From Dehalococcoidia bacterium (GTDB lineage Bacteria > Chloroflexota > Dehalococcoidia > Lucifugimonadales > CAJWER01), in contig CBDEVV010000017.1 of NCBI GenBank assembly GCA_965243655.1, forward strand, positions 2,275,902 through 2,339,901: a stretch of DNA of 64,000 bases, given 5' to 3'. The notes beneath the pieces were generated by a model. The model did no database searches and was not told the origin of the DNA. It saw only the letters and a list, made by a program, of their open reading frames with translations. Made by a program: the position numbers and the translations under genes. Below, in pieces: positions 43,533 to 54,367 of the stretch. The first letter of the stretch is position 1. Each line of letters opens with the position of its first letter.

Positions 43533-44504
43533 GTGACCGCACCAATTCGCTACGATCCCGTACTTCCGGACGACGCGGACGCCGCCCGGAGCCGCATTTC
43601 CGGCAGGGTCGTTCGCACACCGCTCGTTCCGCTCAACCTGGACTCCGCCCCGGCGGAGGTGTTCCTGAAGCTCGAGAACCTCCAGCCCGTCGGGTCTTTC
43701 AAGCTACGGGGCGTCACGAACGCGGTGCTCCAGATTCCCGGAGAGGAGTTGGAGGACGGGGTGTGGACAGTTAGCGCCGGGAACACCGCCCAGGCGCTCG
43801 CATGGACGGCGAGGGAGCTGGGAGTCCCGATGACCGCGGTGGTGCCTGAGAACGCGCCGGAGACCAAGCTGGTGAACATCGAACGCCTCGGAGGCAGCTA
43901 TCTGAAGGCGCAGTTCGAGGACTTCGCGCGCGTATTCGCCACCCGCACCTACCCCGGCGCCGGCGGCCGCTTCATCCACCCGTTCAGTGACCCTGCCGTG
44001 ATGGCGGGGAACGCCACCATCGGGCTGGAGATACTGGAGGACCTGCCGGACGTGGACACGGTCGTGGCCGCCTACGGTGGCGGGGGCCTGTGCTGCGGGA
44101 TTGCTTCGGCCATCAAGTCCGCAAGGCCCGACGCGAAGGTGTATGCCACGGAGGCAACGACGTCAGCGCCGCTGGCGGCAGCCTTCGATGCGGGCGAGCC
44201 GACCAGGATCGACTACTCGCTCAGCTTCGTGGACGCGATAGGCTCGCCGATAGTGCAGCCGGAGATGTTCGCCCTGGCACGGACGCTGCTCGATGGGTCG
44301 CTTGTGGTCGACCTTGAGCAGACCGCGGAGGCCGTGCGCCTCCTCGCAAGCCGGAACCACGTGGTCGCTGAGGGAGGCGGCGCGGTCTCGGTCGCGGCGG
44401 CGTTGGCCGGTAAGGCGGGCGGCGGCAAGGTCGTGTGCGTGGTATCGGGCGGCAACATCGACCCCGGCAGGCTGGCGACGATCCTGGATGGAGGCGTTCC
44501 GTGA
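43533..44504 (+). CDS. Fold-type II PLP enzyme, threonine/serine dehydratase or racemase-like, paralog 2
   Basis: FLKLENLQPVGSFKLRGV, SAGNTA and YGGGG. By eye about half identical to paralog 1. I chose the GTG at 43533, 9 nt after the paralog 1 stop, because the track extension overlaps paralog 1. Confidence 0.8.
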   Translation: MTAPIRYDPVLPDDADAARSRISGRVVRTPLVPLNLDSAPAEVFLKLENLQPVGSFKLRGVTNAVLQIPGEELEDGVWTVSAGNTAQALAWTARELGVPMTAVVPENAPETKLVNIERLGGSYLKAQFEDFARVFATRTYPGAGGRFIHPFSDPAVMAGNATIGLEILEDLPDVDTVVAAYGGGGLCCGIASAIKSARPDAKVYATEATTSAPLAAAFDAGEPTRIDYSLSFVDAIGSPIVQPEMFALARTLLDGSLVVDLEQTAEAVRLLASRNHVVAEGGGAVSVAAALAGKAGGGKVVCVVSGGNIDPGRLATILDGGVP

Positions 44505-45757
44505 CGGAGTCCGACCTCGCAATCAACGGCGGCCCGAGGGTCCGGGAGAAGGCCTGGCCGGACAGACGACGCTTCGAGCCGGACGACCAGGCCGCGGTGA
44601 ACGCGCTGTTCGACGAGAGCATTTCGACGGACGTGCCATTCAAGTACGACGGGCCCTCCGAGGAGGCTTTCTGCAGAGAGTTTGCGGACTTCATGGGCGG
44701 CGGGTTCGTCGATGGTGTGAGCTCCGGCTCGACCGCGTTGTACGTAGCACTGAAGGCGCTTGGCGTGGAGCCGTTCACGGAGGTAATCGTCGGCTGCCTG
44801 ACCGACCCCGGCGGGATGATGCCCATACCCCTGCTGAACTGCATCCCGATGGTGGCTGATGTTGCGCCCGGGACGCTGTCGCCCGGCCCCGAGCAGATCG
44901 AGGCACTGATAACGCCGTACACGAGCGCGATATTGGTCGCCCACATCGCCGGGTACCCGGCGGACGTGGAGGCCATCGCGGAGGTGGCCAGGAAGCACGG
45001 TCTGCCCCTAATCGAGGACTGCGCCCAGTCTCATGGGGCCCAGCTGCACTGCAGGTACGTGGGGACGTTCGGCGACGTGGCGACGGTCTCAACAATGTGG
45101 GACAAGCACATGAATACGGGCGGGCAGGGCGGTGTGGTGTTCACGCGAGACGAGGAGCTGTACAAGCGGTCACGGAGAGCGTCCGACAGGGGCAAGCCGT
45201 TCTTCCTCCCCGAGGGCTCGACCAACGAGGCCGCATCCCTGAATGTGAACCTGAATGATCTCGCGGGGGCGATTGGGCGCACCCAGGTGGCCAAGCTGCC
45301 GGGGCAGGTTACCCGCCGCCGCGAGGTCGTGCGCTCGCTGGAGGCGGGCATCATGGACCTGGGACTGGAGTCTGTCACGGTCCTGGAGACCATACCCGGG
45401 GCGTCGCCGTCGTACTGGTGGCTGCCGGTCAGGGTCAACGTGGGGAGACTGACGTGCGGGAGGGACACTTTCGTGCAGGCCCTCGCGGCCGAGGGCGTCC
45501 CGGCGAGCGAGATAGGGTGGGGACTCATGCCGCACCGGATGGAGTGGTTTGAGCAGCGGCGGGTGTTCGGGACGAGCCGGTATCCCTGGGCGTCCGCGGA
45601 TTACCACGGAGACGGTGACAGGGATTTCCCGTGCCCGAATGGAGAGGCGATGATGAGGGACTACATCAGGCTGCCCGTACACGACAGCTGGGGCGAGGAA
45701 GAGATCGGGGACATGGTTACCGCGCTGTCCAAGGTGGAGCGTGCGTTCGTACGCTGA
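44501..45757 (+). CDS. DegT/DnrJ/EryC1/StrS-family PLP-dependent aminotransferase/dehydratase
   Basis: INGGPRV...W P N-terminus and VSTMWDKHMNTGGQGGVVFT (PLP lysine context). The GTG start overlaps the upstream stop (GTGA). Confidence 0.85.
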   Translation: MTESDLAINGGPRVREKAWPDRRRFEPDDQAAVNALFDESISTDVPFKYDGPSEEAFCREFADFMGGGFVDGVSSGSTALYVALKALGVEPFTEVIVGCLTDPGGMMPIPLLNCIPMVADVAPGTLSPGPEQIEALITPYTSAILVAHIAGYPADVEAIAEVARKHGLPLIEDCAQSHGAQLHCRYVGTFGDVATVSTMWDKHMNTGGQGGVVFTRDEELYKRSRRASDRGKPFFLPEGSTNEAASLNVNLNDLAGAIGRTQVAKLPGQVTRRREVVRSLEAGIMDLGLESVTVLETIPGASPSYWWLPVRVNVGRLTCGRDTFVQALAAEGVPASEIGWGLMPHRMEWFEQRRVFGTSRYPWASADYHGDGDRDFPCPNGEAMMRDYIRLPVHDSWGEEEIGDMVTALSKVERAFVR

Positions 45758-45800
45758 AACGCATGGCAGGGAAGTCGCAGGGATCGGCGGTGTGGGCCGA

Positions 45801-45828
45801 TTGACCGCCGGTATTCCGGTGCTATAAC
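45801..45828 (+). promoter_or_regulatory. Promoter for the PhyH gene (TTGACC, 16-nt spacer, TGcTATAAC)
   Basis: Read directly. RBS CAGGAG and the ATG at 45861 follow. Confidence 0.45.
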
Positions 45829-45860
45829 CTCGCCCGCGGACCCAGCATCAGGAGTTTGAG

Positions 45861-46829
45861 ATGACGATAACCGAGGCGAATCTGGAGCAGTTCGAGCAGG
45901 ACGGCTACTTCGTGGGCGAGGGGATCCTGGACCCGGACGAGGACATCCAGCCCGTGATCGACGAGTACGACGAGCTGCTCGACCGCCTAGCCGGGCAGTG
46001 GCACACCGACGGCACCCTGAGCAGCACCTACGAGGACATGCCGTTCGGGGAGCGCCTGAGCCACATCGCTCGCGAGACCGAGGGTTCGTACACGGGCTCG
46101 ATCGACATCTCGCTGCCGCAGAAGAATATCGCCCACGACACACCGATGCACTACGGCCCTGCCGTGTTCGAGCTGCTGAGGAATCCCAAGCTGCTGGACG
46201 CCGTCGAGCGGTTCATCGGCCCCGAGATTTTCTCGAACCCCGTGCAGCACGTCCGCATCAAGCCGCCCGAGAGCTTCCTTCCCGAGTCCGCCAGGATGGG
46301 ATCACTGTCGGGGCGCACATTCTGGCACCAGGACCTGGGAGTGGTGACCGACGAGGCAGACGACTCGGATATCCTGACCGTCTGGCTGCCGATCACGGAC
46401 GCGACCGAGGAGAATGGGTGCCTGGTTGTTGGAAAACGCAGCCACCAGAGCGGCCTGGGCCTGCACTGCTATACGGGCGATCCAAAGAAGCAGGGAATCC
46501 CTGAGGACCACCTGGTCGGCGAGCAGGTGCCCGTTCCGATGAAGAAGGGGGACGTGCTCTTCATGGACAGGCTGACCATGCACGCGTCGCTGCCCAACGT
46601 CAGCGACGAGATCAGGTGGAGCTTTGATCTGCGCTACAACCGTACCGGTGACGCGACCGGCCGCTCGTGGTTTCCAGGGTTCGTAGCGCGGAGCCGCTCG
46701 AACCCTGAGTCGGAGCTGCGGAACGCAAGCGAGTGGGCGGAGTTGTGGCGCGAGGCCCGCGCCAAGCTCGCGGAGTCGGAGAATCCGGGGTTCCAGCGCT
46801 GGGACCCCAACGATCCCCAGTGCGCGTAG
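45861..46829 (+). CDS. Phytanoyl-CoA dioxygenase (PhyH) family Fe(II)/2-oxoglutarate oxygenase
   Basis: FWHQDLG (HxD facial triad), a distal His in LTMHASLPN, and R in the RWSFDLRY context. Confidence 0.85.
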   Translation: MTITEANLEQFEQDGYFVGEGILDPDEDIQPVIDEYDELLDRLAGQWHTDGTLSSTYEDMPFGERLSHIARETEGSYTGSIDISLPQKNIAHDTPMHYGPAVFELLRNPKLLDAVERFIGPEIFSNPVQHVRIKPPESFLPESARMGSLSGRTFWHQDLGVVTDEADDSDILTVWLPITDATEENGCLVVGKRSHQSGLGLHCYTGDPKKQGIPEDHLVGEQVPVPMKKGDVLFMDRLTMHASLPNVSDEIRWSFDLRYNRTGDATGRSWFPGFVARSRSNPESELRNASEWAELWREARAKLAESENPGFQRWDPNDPQCA

Positions 46830-46843
46830 GGTAGGGAAGACCG

Positions 46844-47878
46844 CTAGAGGTTGTACTGGGGCTCGATGTAGTCGTCGACCTTGTTGTAGATCTGGATGCG
46901 GGCGCGCTGCGTGTCGGCCACGATGATCCTGGACCGGTGCGGGTCGAATTCCAGGCCCACCGGCAGGGCGAAGCGCCACTCCGGCTCCAGTGTGTAGACC
47001 CGTCGCCGCGCCTTTATGACGTCCGCGTTGGCGTCGACCATCATCTGCTGCCACATGGCCATCCGCTGCGCATCGCCGACAAGACTCGTTACGAATGCGC
47101 CTTTGGGATCGAAGATCTGGACGCGGTTGTTGGCCCAGTCGCAGACGTAGACGTCGCCATCCGGGTCGACCGCGACGTCCGATGGGCGGTTGAGCTCGCC
47201 GCGGCCTGAGCCGTAGCTGCCGAACGACGCAAGGTAGCCGCCGTCGGGTGCGAACTTCTGGACTCGGTGGTTCTTGTGGTCGGCCACGTAGACGCTTCCG
47301 TCGGAACCTACGGTGATTCCCCACGGCGAGTCTAGCTGTCCATCTCCACTGCCGTGCTCGCCCCACCCGGTGAGGTACGTCCCGCCCGACGTGAACTTCT
47401 GGACGCGGTGGGAGGCGCCGTCGACGACGTAGAAGTTGTCTTGGGCGTCCGAGGCGATTCCCGACGGGCGGTCCAGCCCCCCTGGGCCTGTGCCCGCCTC
47501 GCCCCAGTGGCCCAGAAGGTTCCCGTCGGCGTCGTGGACGACGACCCGGTTCAGCCACTCGTCGGTGACGTACACGTTTGCACTGCTGTCGAGGGCGATG
47601 CCGGTCGGCCAGATGAACTGCCCGTCGCCCTGGCCGTACCTGCCGAACTCCTTGATGAGCTCCTCGGTGCCCCATTCGGGCCCGATGGTGTACTTGCCGA
47701 CCTTGGCGGGGCTGCCCGTCCGGTCCCACGGCGCGTCGGGGATGATCTCGCTGGAGCGGGTGAGGAGGTACACGGTGTCGTCCGTCGAGACCGCCACGCC
47801 GATGACCATGGCAAGGTCGCGGCGCCCCGCGGCGTAGGAGAAGTCGTAGACCCTGGAGCCGACTACCTGGGTGAGCAT
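46844..47878 (-). CDS. NHL-repeat beta-propeller protein
   Basis: Repeated units G.G.GQF/L..P.G(I/V)A.D..G..YV.D..N.R(V)Q.F (e.g. DSSANVYVTDEWLNRVVV, DGSVYVADHKNHRVQKF, DGDVYVCDWANNRVQIF). No signal peptide. Confidence 0.85.
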   Translation of the reverse strand: MLTQVVGSRVYDFSYAAGRRDLAMVIGVAVSTDDTVYLLTRSSEIIPDAPWDRTGSPAKVGKYTIGPEWGTEELIKEFGRYGQGDGQFIWPTGIALDSSANVYVTDEWLNRVVVHDADGNLLGHWGEAGTGPGGLDRPSGIASDAQDNFYVVDGASHRVQKFTSGGTYLTGWGEHGSGDGQLDSPWGITVGSDGSVYVADHKNHRVQKFAPDGGYLASFGSYGSGRGELNRPSDVAVDPDGDVYVCDWANNRVQIFDPKGAFVTSLVGDAQRMAMWQQMMVDANADVIKARRRVYTLEPEWRFALPVGLEFDPHRSRIIVADTQRARIQIYNKVDDYIEPQYNL

Positions 47879-47893
47879 CGCGCTTTGCCTTTC

Positions 47894-49030
47894 CTAGCTT
47901 GCGGCTACCACGTCCAGCTTCTCGAAGGTCCCGTTAACGATGGGGACCGGATCCATGCGCATCCAGTCCTCCAGTATCGTCGTGTAAAGGCCCCGGAAGT
48001 CGTAGTTGGGTACCGGGTCGCCCTGCTCCAGGTCCTCGAGCCTGATGGAGGGGTACTCGCTGTATTGCCCGCCCTTGACGGGCTCGCCTATCAGGAAGGC
48101 GGCACCCGCGGCGCCGTGGTCGGTGCCGGAGCCGTTGTCGTGGGTGCGGCGCCCGAACTCCGAGAAGAGCATCATGAGCACGTTGTCGGCGGCATCGTGC
48201 TGGCGGAGGTCGTCGAAGAAGTCGCGAATGGCCGCCGACAGCTCGTCCCACAGGGTGTCGAGCATGCCCTGCTGGTTCGAGTGGCTGTCGAAGCTGCCGT
48301 GGTCGGCATAGAAGATGCGCGTGCCCAGTCCGGCAAGGTGGATCTGGGCGATGCCCTTCAGCTTGCGCGCTATGGGAGTGTCCGCATACTCGACGGTGGA
48401 GGAGTAGCGCTCGGGAGCCTGCTTCAGTATGTCTGCGCCCTTGAGGGCGTCCAGTCCAGTCTGCCCCAGGAAGTCCATCACCGGGCCGCTGCCGATGGCG
48501 GGGGAGTATAGGCGCTTGTACCGGTCGACGATGCGCTCACGCTGCTCCCTGTCGGAGACGCCGGTCATCAGCCCATAGCTGTCCAGGTCTTCCACGCAGG
48601 CCACCGGCACTCCGGGAAGCGAGAGGGCGCGGAACATGCTGGGCCCCATGCTGACGGCAGTGACCACGTTCTCTTTGTCGGGGTCGAGCTCGCGCGTTAC
48701 GCGGCCCAGCCATCCCTCGGTGCCAAGCGTGTCCGGCTCGCAGGTGTGCCAGATGTCCATCGACCGGAAGTGCGAGCGCGGCGAGTTCGCGTAGCCGATG
48801 CCGTGAATGATGGCCACCATACCCTCGTTGTAGAGGTCGCGGACCGGGGCCATCTTGGGATGGAAACCGATCTGGTCGTCCAGGGGCAGGACCCTGTCCT
48901 CGGAGATCGCCACAGTTGGGCGATAGTCATGGTAGAGAGGGTTGGAGTAGGGGACGACGGTGTTCAGGTAATCGTTGCCGCCGGTGAGCTGCACTACGAC
49001 GAGCACCGGGTCCTTGTGGCCGTTATTCAT
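47894..49030 (-). CDS. DUF1501-family (sulfatase-like fold) protein
   Basis: VLVVVQLTGGNDYLNTVVP...HGIGYANSPRSHFRSMDIWHT...FDSH...EFGRR...GTDHG is the characteristic DUF1501 pattern. No twin-arginine leader. Confidence 0.85.
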   Translation of the reverse strand: MNNGHKDPVLVVVQLTGGNDYLNTVVPYSNPLYHDYRPTVAISEDRVLPLDDQIGFHPKMAPVRDLYNEGMVAIIHGIGYANSPRSHFRSMDIWHTCEPDTLGTEGWLGRVTRELDPDKENVVTAVSMGPSMFRALSLPGVPVACVEDLDSYGLMTGVSDREQRERIVDRYKRLYSPAIGSGPVMDFLGQTGLDALKGADILKQAPERYSSTVEYADTPIARKLKGIAQIHLAGLGTRIFYADHGSFDSHSNQQGMLDTLWDELSAAIRDFFDDLRQHDAADNVLMMLFSEFGRRTHDNGSGTDHGAAGAAFLIGEPVKGGQYSEYPSIRLEDLEQGDPVPNYDFRGLYTTILEDWMRMDPVPIVNGTFEKLDVVAAS

Positions 49031-49093
49031 GGCTGGGCCTCCTCGTTGTCTGAAGCAGGCGGTCCTGGCTGGGCCCCCGCGATTATACCGTGA

Positions 49094-49819
49094 TCAGTCG
49101 TCCGAGAACATGCCGAACAGGTTCAGTAGAATGATGAAGATGTTCAGGGCGTTCAGGTACAAACCGATGCTGCCCATGACTGACACCTGGTTGGCCGCCA
49201 GGGTGTCGCCTGAAACTGCGGCCTGCTGGGCGAGCTCCTTCATCTGCTTCGTTTCCCAGACGGTCAGCGCCAGGAATAGGGGAAGCAGCGCCAGGTTGAT
49301 TAGCAGGAACAGCATGCCTGACTGGATGAAAAGGACGTTCACCAGGCTGATGACGATGAGGCCGACCAGCCCTATCAACAAGATCGGTCCCCATCTCGAC
49401 AGGTCCCGCTTCGTGGTCAGGCCGATGGCGCTCATGGCGACAAATACTCCGGCGGTCAGCATGAACGCCATGCCTATCGTCTCGGTAGTGAAGGCCATGA
49501 GGATGGGCGAGAGGAACAGGCCCTCCATGCCGGTGAAAGCGAGGTAGAGTACCGTGCCCAGTGCCGTGTTGCCCCCGGATACGACCCTCTGGGCTGCGAT
49601 CAGCGTTCCAAACAGCACGCCTATGGCCAGGAGGTACCCGATGATGCCGAAGCTGAAGATGGCCACTCCTATACCGGCCCTGTCGCCTATCCAGATCGCC
49701 GCACCGGTCGTGATGATGCCGAGCGCGACAAGGCCGTACATGCGCGCCATGGCATCCGTGTAGATGGCGCTTACCCTGTCCCGGTCTGGGACCGAATATG
49801 CCTGGTATTGCATGCCCAT
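49094..49819 (-). CDS. Bax inhibitor-1/YccA-family membrane protein
   Basis: 241 aa with seven hydrophobic segments. N-terminal MARMYGLVALGI and a C-terminal basic/acidic tail typical of BI-1. Confidence 0.85.
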   Translation of the reverse strand: MGMQYQAYSVPDRDRVSAIYTDAMARMYGLVALGIITTGAAIWIGDRAGIGVAIFSFGIIGYLLAIGVLFGTLIAAQRVVSGGNTALGTVLYLAFTGMEGLFLSPILMAFTTETIGMAFMLTAGVFVAMSAIGLTTKRDLSRWGPILLIGLVGLIVISLVNVLFIQSGMLFLLINLALLPLFLALTVWETKQMKELAQQAAVSGDTLAANQVSVMGSIGLYLNALNIFIILLNLFGMFSDD

Positions 49820-49843
49820 GCTCAGTCTCCTCTCTACCCGAAC

Positions 49844-50290
49844 CTAGCTCACGAGCTCCGCGGTCACGCTGAAGTCGACGTTGCCCTTGAGCGCGCCCGA
49901 TATCGGACAGCCGTCCTTCGCAGCTTCGGCCGCAGCGGCGAAGGTATCTGCATCGATGCCTGGAACGTCGCCCTTGACCGTCAATGAGCTGGACGAGACC
50001 TTCCATCCGCCTTCTATCTGCTGGAAGGTGACTTCTGCGCTGGCCTCCAGCTTCTTCGGCGGAGTCCCGGCCCTTCCAAGCCCTGCCGAGAGGGCCATGC
50101 AGAAGCAGGAGGCGTGGGCCGATGCCAGGAGCTCTTCGGGGCTGGTGCGGCCACCCGAGTCCTCTACCCTCGACGCCCACGAGACCAGCATGTCGCTAAA
50201 CGCGCTGCTCGATATCGCGCTGACGACTCCCTTGCCGGACATCAGGTCGCCGTCCCAAACCGCTTTCGCCCGTCGAACCGCGTTAGCCAT
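49844..50290 (-). CDS. osmC: OsmC-family peroxiredoxin
   Basis: 148 aa with the two conserved Cys contexts HASCFCMAL and AKDGCPIS. Confidence 0.88.
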   Translation of the reverse strand: MANAVRRAKAVWDGDLMSGKGVVSAISSSAFSDMLVSWASRVEDSGGRTSPEELLASAHASCFCMALSAGLGRAGTPPKKLEASAEVTFQQIEGGWKVSSSSLTVKGDVPGIDADTFAAAAEAAKDGCPISGALKGNVDFSVTAELVS

Positions 50291-50359
50291 GTCTCTCTCC
50301 TAGCTGCCTATTTCCGTACAATCCTACCATAGGGCGGGTGGACGGTATGCTACCATCGG

Positions 50360-52216
<1,857 letters not shown>

Positions 52217-52232
52217 CGACGGGGGCGGAAGT

Positions 52233-52703
52233 GTGAAAAGCGCCGCGACAACTGTATCCGAGTACCTCGATGAGCTGACACCGGAGCGTCGTGAGGCCGT
52301 CTCCGCCGTCAGGGATGTGATCCTCGCCAATCTGCCGGACGGCTACGAGGAGATGATGGACTTCGGCATGATCGCCTACTCGGTGCCGCTGGAGAGGTAC
52401 CCGGACACCTACAACGGCCACCCCCTTAGCTACGCCGCCATAGCGTCCGAGAAGAGCTACGTGTCCGTCCATCTGATGAACATCTACGGCGACGCCGAGA
52501 CCCAGCAGTGGTTCGTGGACAGCTACAAGGCCACCGGCAAGCGGCTCGACATGGGCAAGTCCTGCGTGCGGTTCAGGAAGCTCGACGACCTGCCCCTCGA
52601 TCTCATTGGGGAGGCCGTCGCGCGAACGCCGATTGACGAGTGGATTCGCTACTACGAAGCCGCGCGCCCTCCGAAGAAACGGAGCAGGTCGAAGCGGCGA
52701 TAG
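52233..52703 (+). CDS. DUF1801 (YdhG-like) domain protein
   Basis: SEYLDELTPERREAVSAVRDVILANLP...YVSVHLMN...GKSCVRF pattern. GTG start. Confidence 0.75.
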   Translation: MKSAATTVSEYLDELTPERREAVSAVRDVILANLPDGYEEMMDFGMIAYSVPLERYPDTYNGHPLSYAAIASEKSYVSVHLMNIYGDAETQQWFVDSYKATGKRLDMGKSCVRFRKLDDLPLDLIGEAVARTPIDEWIRYYEAARPPKKRSRSKRR

Positions 52704-52750
52704 ATTCCCCGGCCCGGGCGGTCGGCCGAGTCTCAGAAGGAGGTCCCAGC

Positions 52751-53149
52751 TTGGTTCTCCTCATGGTAGGGGCGGGAGGCCTGATCGGGGCATCGCTGCG
52801 CTACCTTGTCTCGACATGGATCCAGGGCGCCACCGGTGACGGCACGTTCCCCTACGGCACGCTGGCCGTCAACGCCGCGGGCTGTCTCGTGATCGGCCTG
52901 GTCGCCGGATACGCGGAGGCCCGGCAACCGCTGAGCTCCGAGGCGCAGGGGTTCCTTGTCGTCGGAGTGCTCGGGGGATTCACGACCTTCTCTGCCTTCG
53001 GGATCGACACCATCAAGCTCATTCGAGACGGCGCCTACCTCGCCGCCTCCGCCAACGTAGTGCTGCAGGTAGCGGTCGGTCTGGCTGCCGTTATCATCGG
53101 GCTGCGTCTGGCCCAGTGGGGCTACGAGAAACTGGCGGCCGGCCAATAG
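52751..53149 (+). CDS. crcB: Fluoride channel CrcB/FluC
   Basis: GAGGLIGASLRYL...FPYGTLAVN..GC..IG...GGFTTFSAF. I chose the TTG at 52751 because a strong AGGAGG lies 8 nt upstream. The track start at 52640 overlaps the previous gene. Confidence 0.85.
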   Translation: MVLLMVGAGGLIGASLRYLVSTWIQGATGDGTFPYGTLAVNAAGCLVIGLVAGYAEARQPLSSEAQGFLVVGVLGGFTTFSAFGIDTIKLIRDGAYLAASANVVLQVAVGLAAVIIGLRLAQWGYEKLAAGQ

Positions 53150-53184
53150 GGCGATCGGGCAATAACGGCGCGTAGCAACGCTTG

Positions 53185-53622
53185 ATGAGGCTTTGGTCGC
53201 TGCATCCCAGGTATCTCGATGCAAGAGGGCTGGTGGCGCTGTGGCGCGAGGGGCTACTCGCCCAGAAAGTGCTGAGCGGGGGGGCTCCAGGATACTCGAG
53301 GCACCCGCAACTCGAACGATTTCGCGCCCATCCGCATCCCGAATCCGCCATCTCCTCGTATCTGCAGGCCGTCTATCACGAAGCCAGCGAGCGAGGCTAT
53401 GGCTTCGACCGGGGCAAGATCGGCCGAAGCGCTTCTCCAGCATCTGCCATGGAGGTAACGGACGGTCAGCTCAGGTACGAGCTTTCGCACCTCTCGGCGA
53501 AACTGGAGAGCCGGGCGCCCGCAGCGTTCGAGCGGCTTCTAGGAGTCTGCGTCCCCGATCCGCACCCAGGCTTTGCGGTTGTCCCGGGGCCGGTCGCGTC
53601 GTGGGAACGCACAGCCCAATGA
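53185..53622 (+). CDS. Pyrimidine dimer DNA glycosylase / endonuclease V (T4 DenV-like) family
   Basis: MRLWSLHPRYLDARGLVALWREGLLAQKVL.G...GYSRHPQLERF is the hallmark N-terminus of this family. Confidence 0.8.
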   Translation: MRLWSLHPRYLDARGLVALWREGLLAQKVLSGGAPGYSRHPQLERFRAHPHPESAISSYLQAVYHEASERGYGFDRGKIGRSASPASAMEVTDGQLRYELSHLSAKLESRAPAAFERLLGVCVPDPHPGFAVVPGPVASWERTAQ

Positions 53623-53638
53623 CTACAGGATCTCCAAG

Positions 53639-54328
53639 TCAGAACAGAGTGTTGCGCGGTTGTCCCTCTAGCGGCTCTATGATCTCGGGACCATCGTTGG
53701 CGGCTGAGTTTACTAGCTCCGACACCTCGTAAACCTTCATCGCCTCACCAGGGTGGGGAGTGAGGACGCTGGCAAGTAGGTCGGGATCGTCGACGGCGGG
53801 GTCGAGCCAGAACTCCTCCATGTCCCTGGGCAGGACTACCGGCATGCGGTCATGGATGGGCCTGAGCAGGTCGTTGGCCTCAGTCGTGATGACGGCGCAT
53901 GACGGTATGCGGTTGCCGTCCGGGTCTTTCCAGGTCGACCATAGCCCAGCGAAGGCGAAAGGCTCGCCCGTTCGCATCACGACGCGCATCGGCCGCTTCC
54001 GGGTTCCTGCCCGCTGCCACTCGTAGAAGCCGTCCGCGAGTACGAGACATCTCCGGCCCTTCAATGCTTCTCGGAATGCGGGCCTGTCCGCGACCGTTTC
54101 GGCCCTCGCGTTGATCATCCGGCTGCCGATGGACAGGTCCTTCGCCCACCATGGGACCAGGCCCCAGCGCATGAAGCCGCCGCGCCTCGTCTCCCCGCCC
54201 ACAACTGTCAGGACGTCCTGCGTCGGAGCGATGTTGTATGCGGATTCAAATGTCAGCCAGTCGCCATCGAACTCGAACCTGCGTGCAAGCTCTCCCAGGC
54301 TGGCTACAAGGCTGTATCTGCCGCACAT
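53639..54328 (-). CDS. SOS-response-associated peptidase (SRAP/YedK, abasic-site crosslinking protein)
   Basis: MCGRYSL (Cys2 nucleophile), WGLVPWWAK, INARAET and ADGFYEW motifs. Confidence 0.9.
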   Translation of the reverse strand: MCGRYSLVASLGELARRFEFDGDWLTFESAYNIAPTQDVLTVVGGETRRGGFMRWGLVPWWAKDLSIGSRMINARAETVADRPAFREALKGRRCLVLADGFYEWQRAGTRKRPMRVVMRTGEPFAFAGLWSTWKDPDGNRIPSCAVITTEANDLLRPIHDRMPVVLPRDMEEFWLDPAVDDPDLLASVLTPHPGEAMKVYEVSELVNSAANDGPEIIEPLEGQPRNTLF

Positions 54329-54367
54329 GTCGCGCTCACCGAGTCCCCGTCACGTCCGTATTCGCTC

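Noticed and set aside
52704-52750. Fluoride riboswitch expected upstream of crcB
   Set aside because: Only 47 nt are available, and I could not find the conserved crcB-motif segments. crcB probably rides on the upstream transcript.
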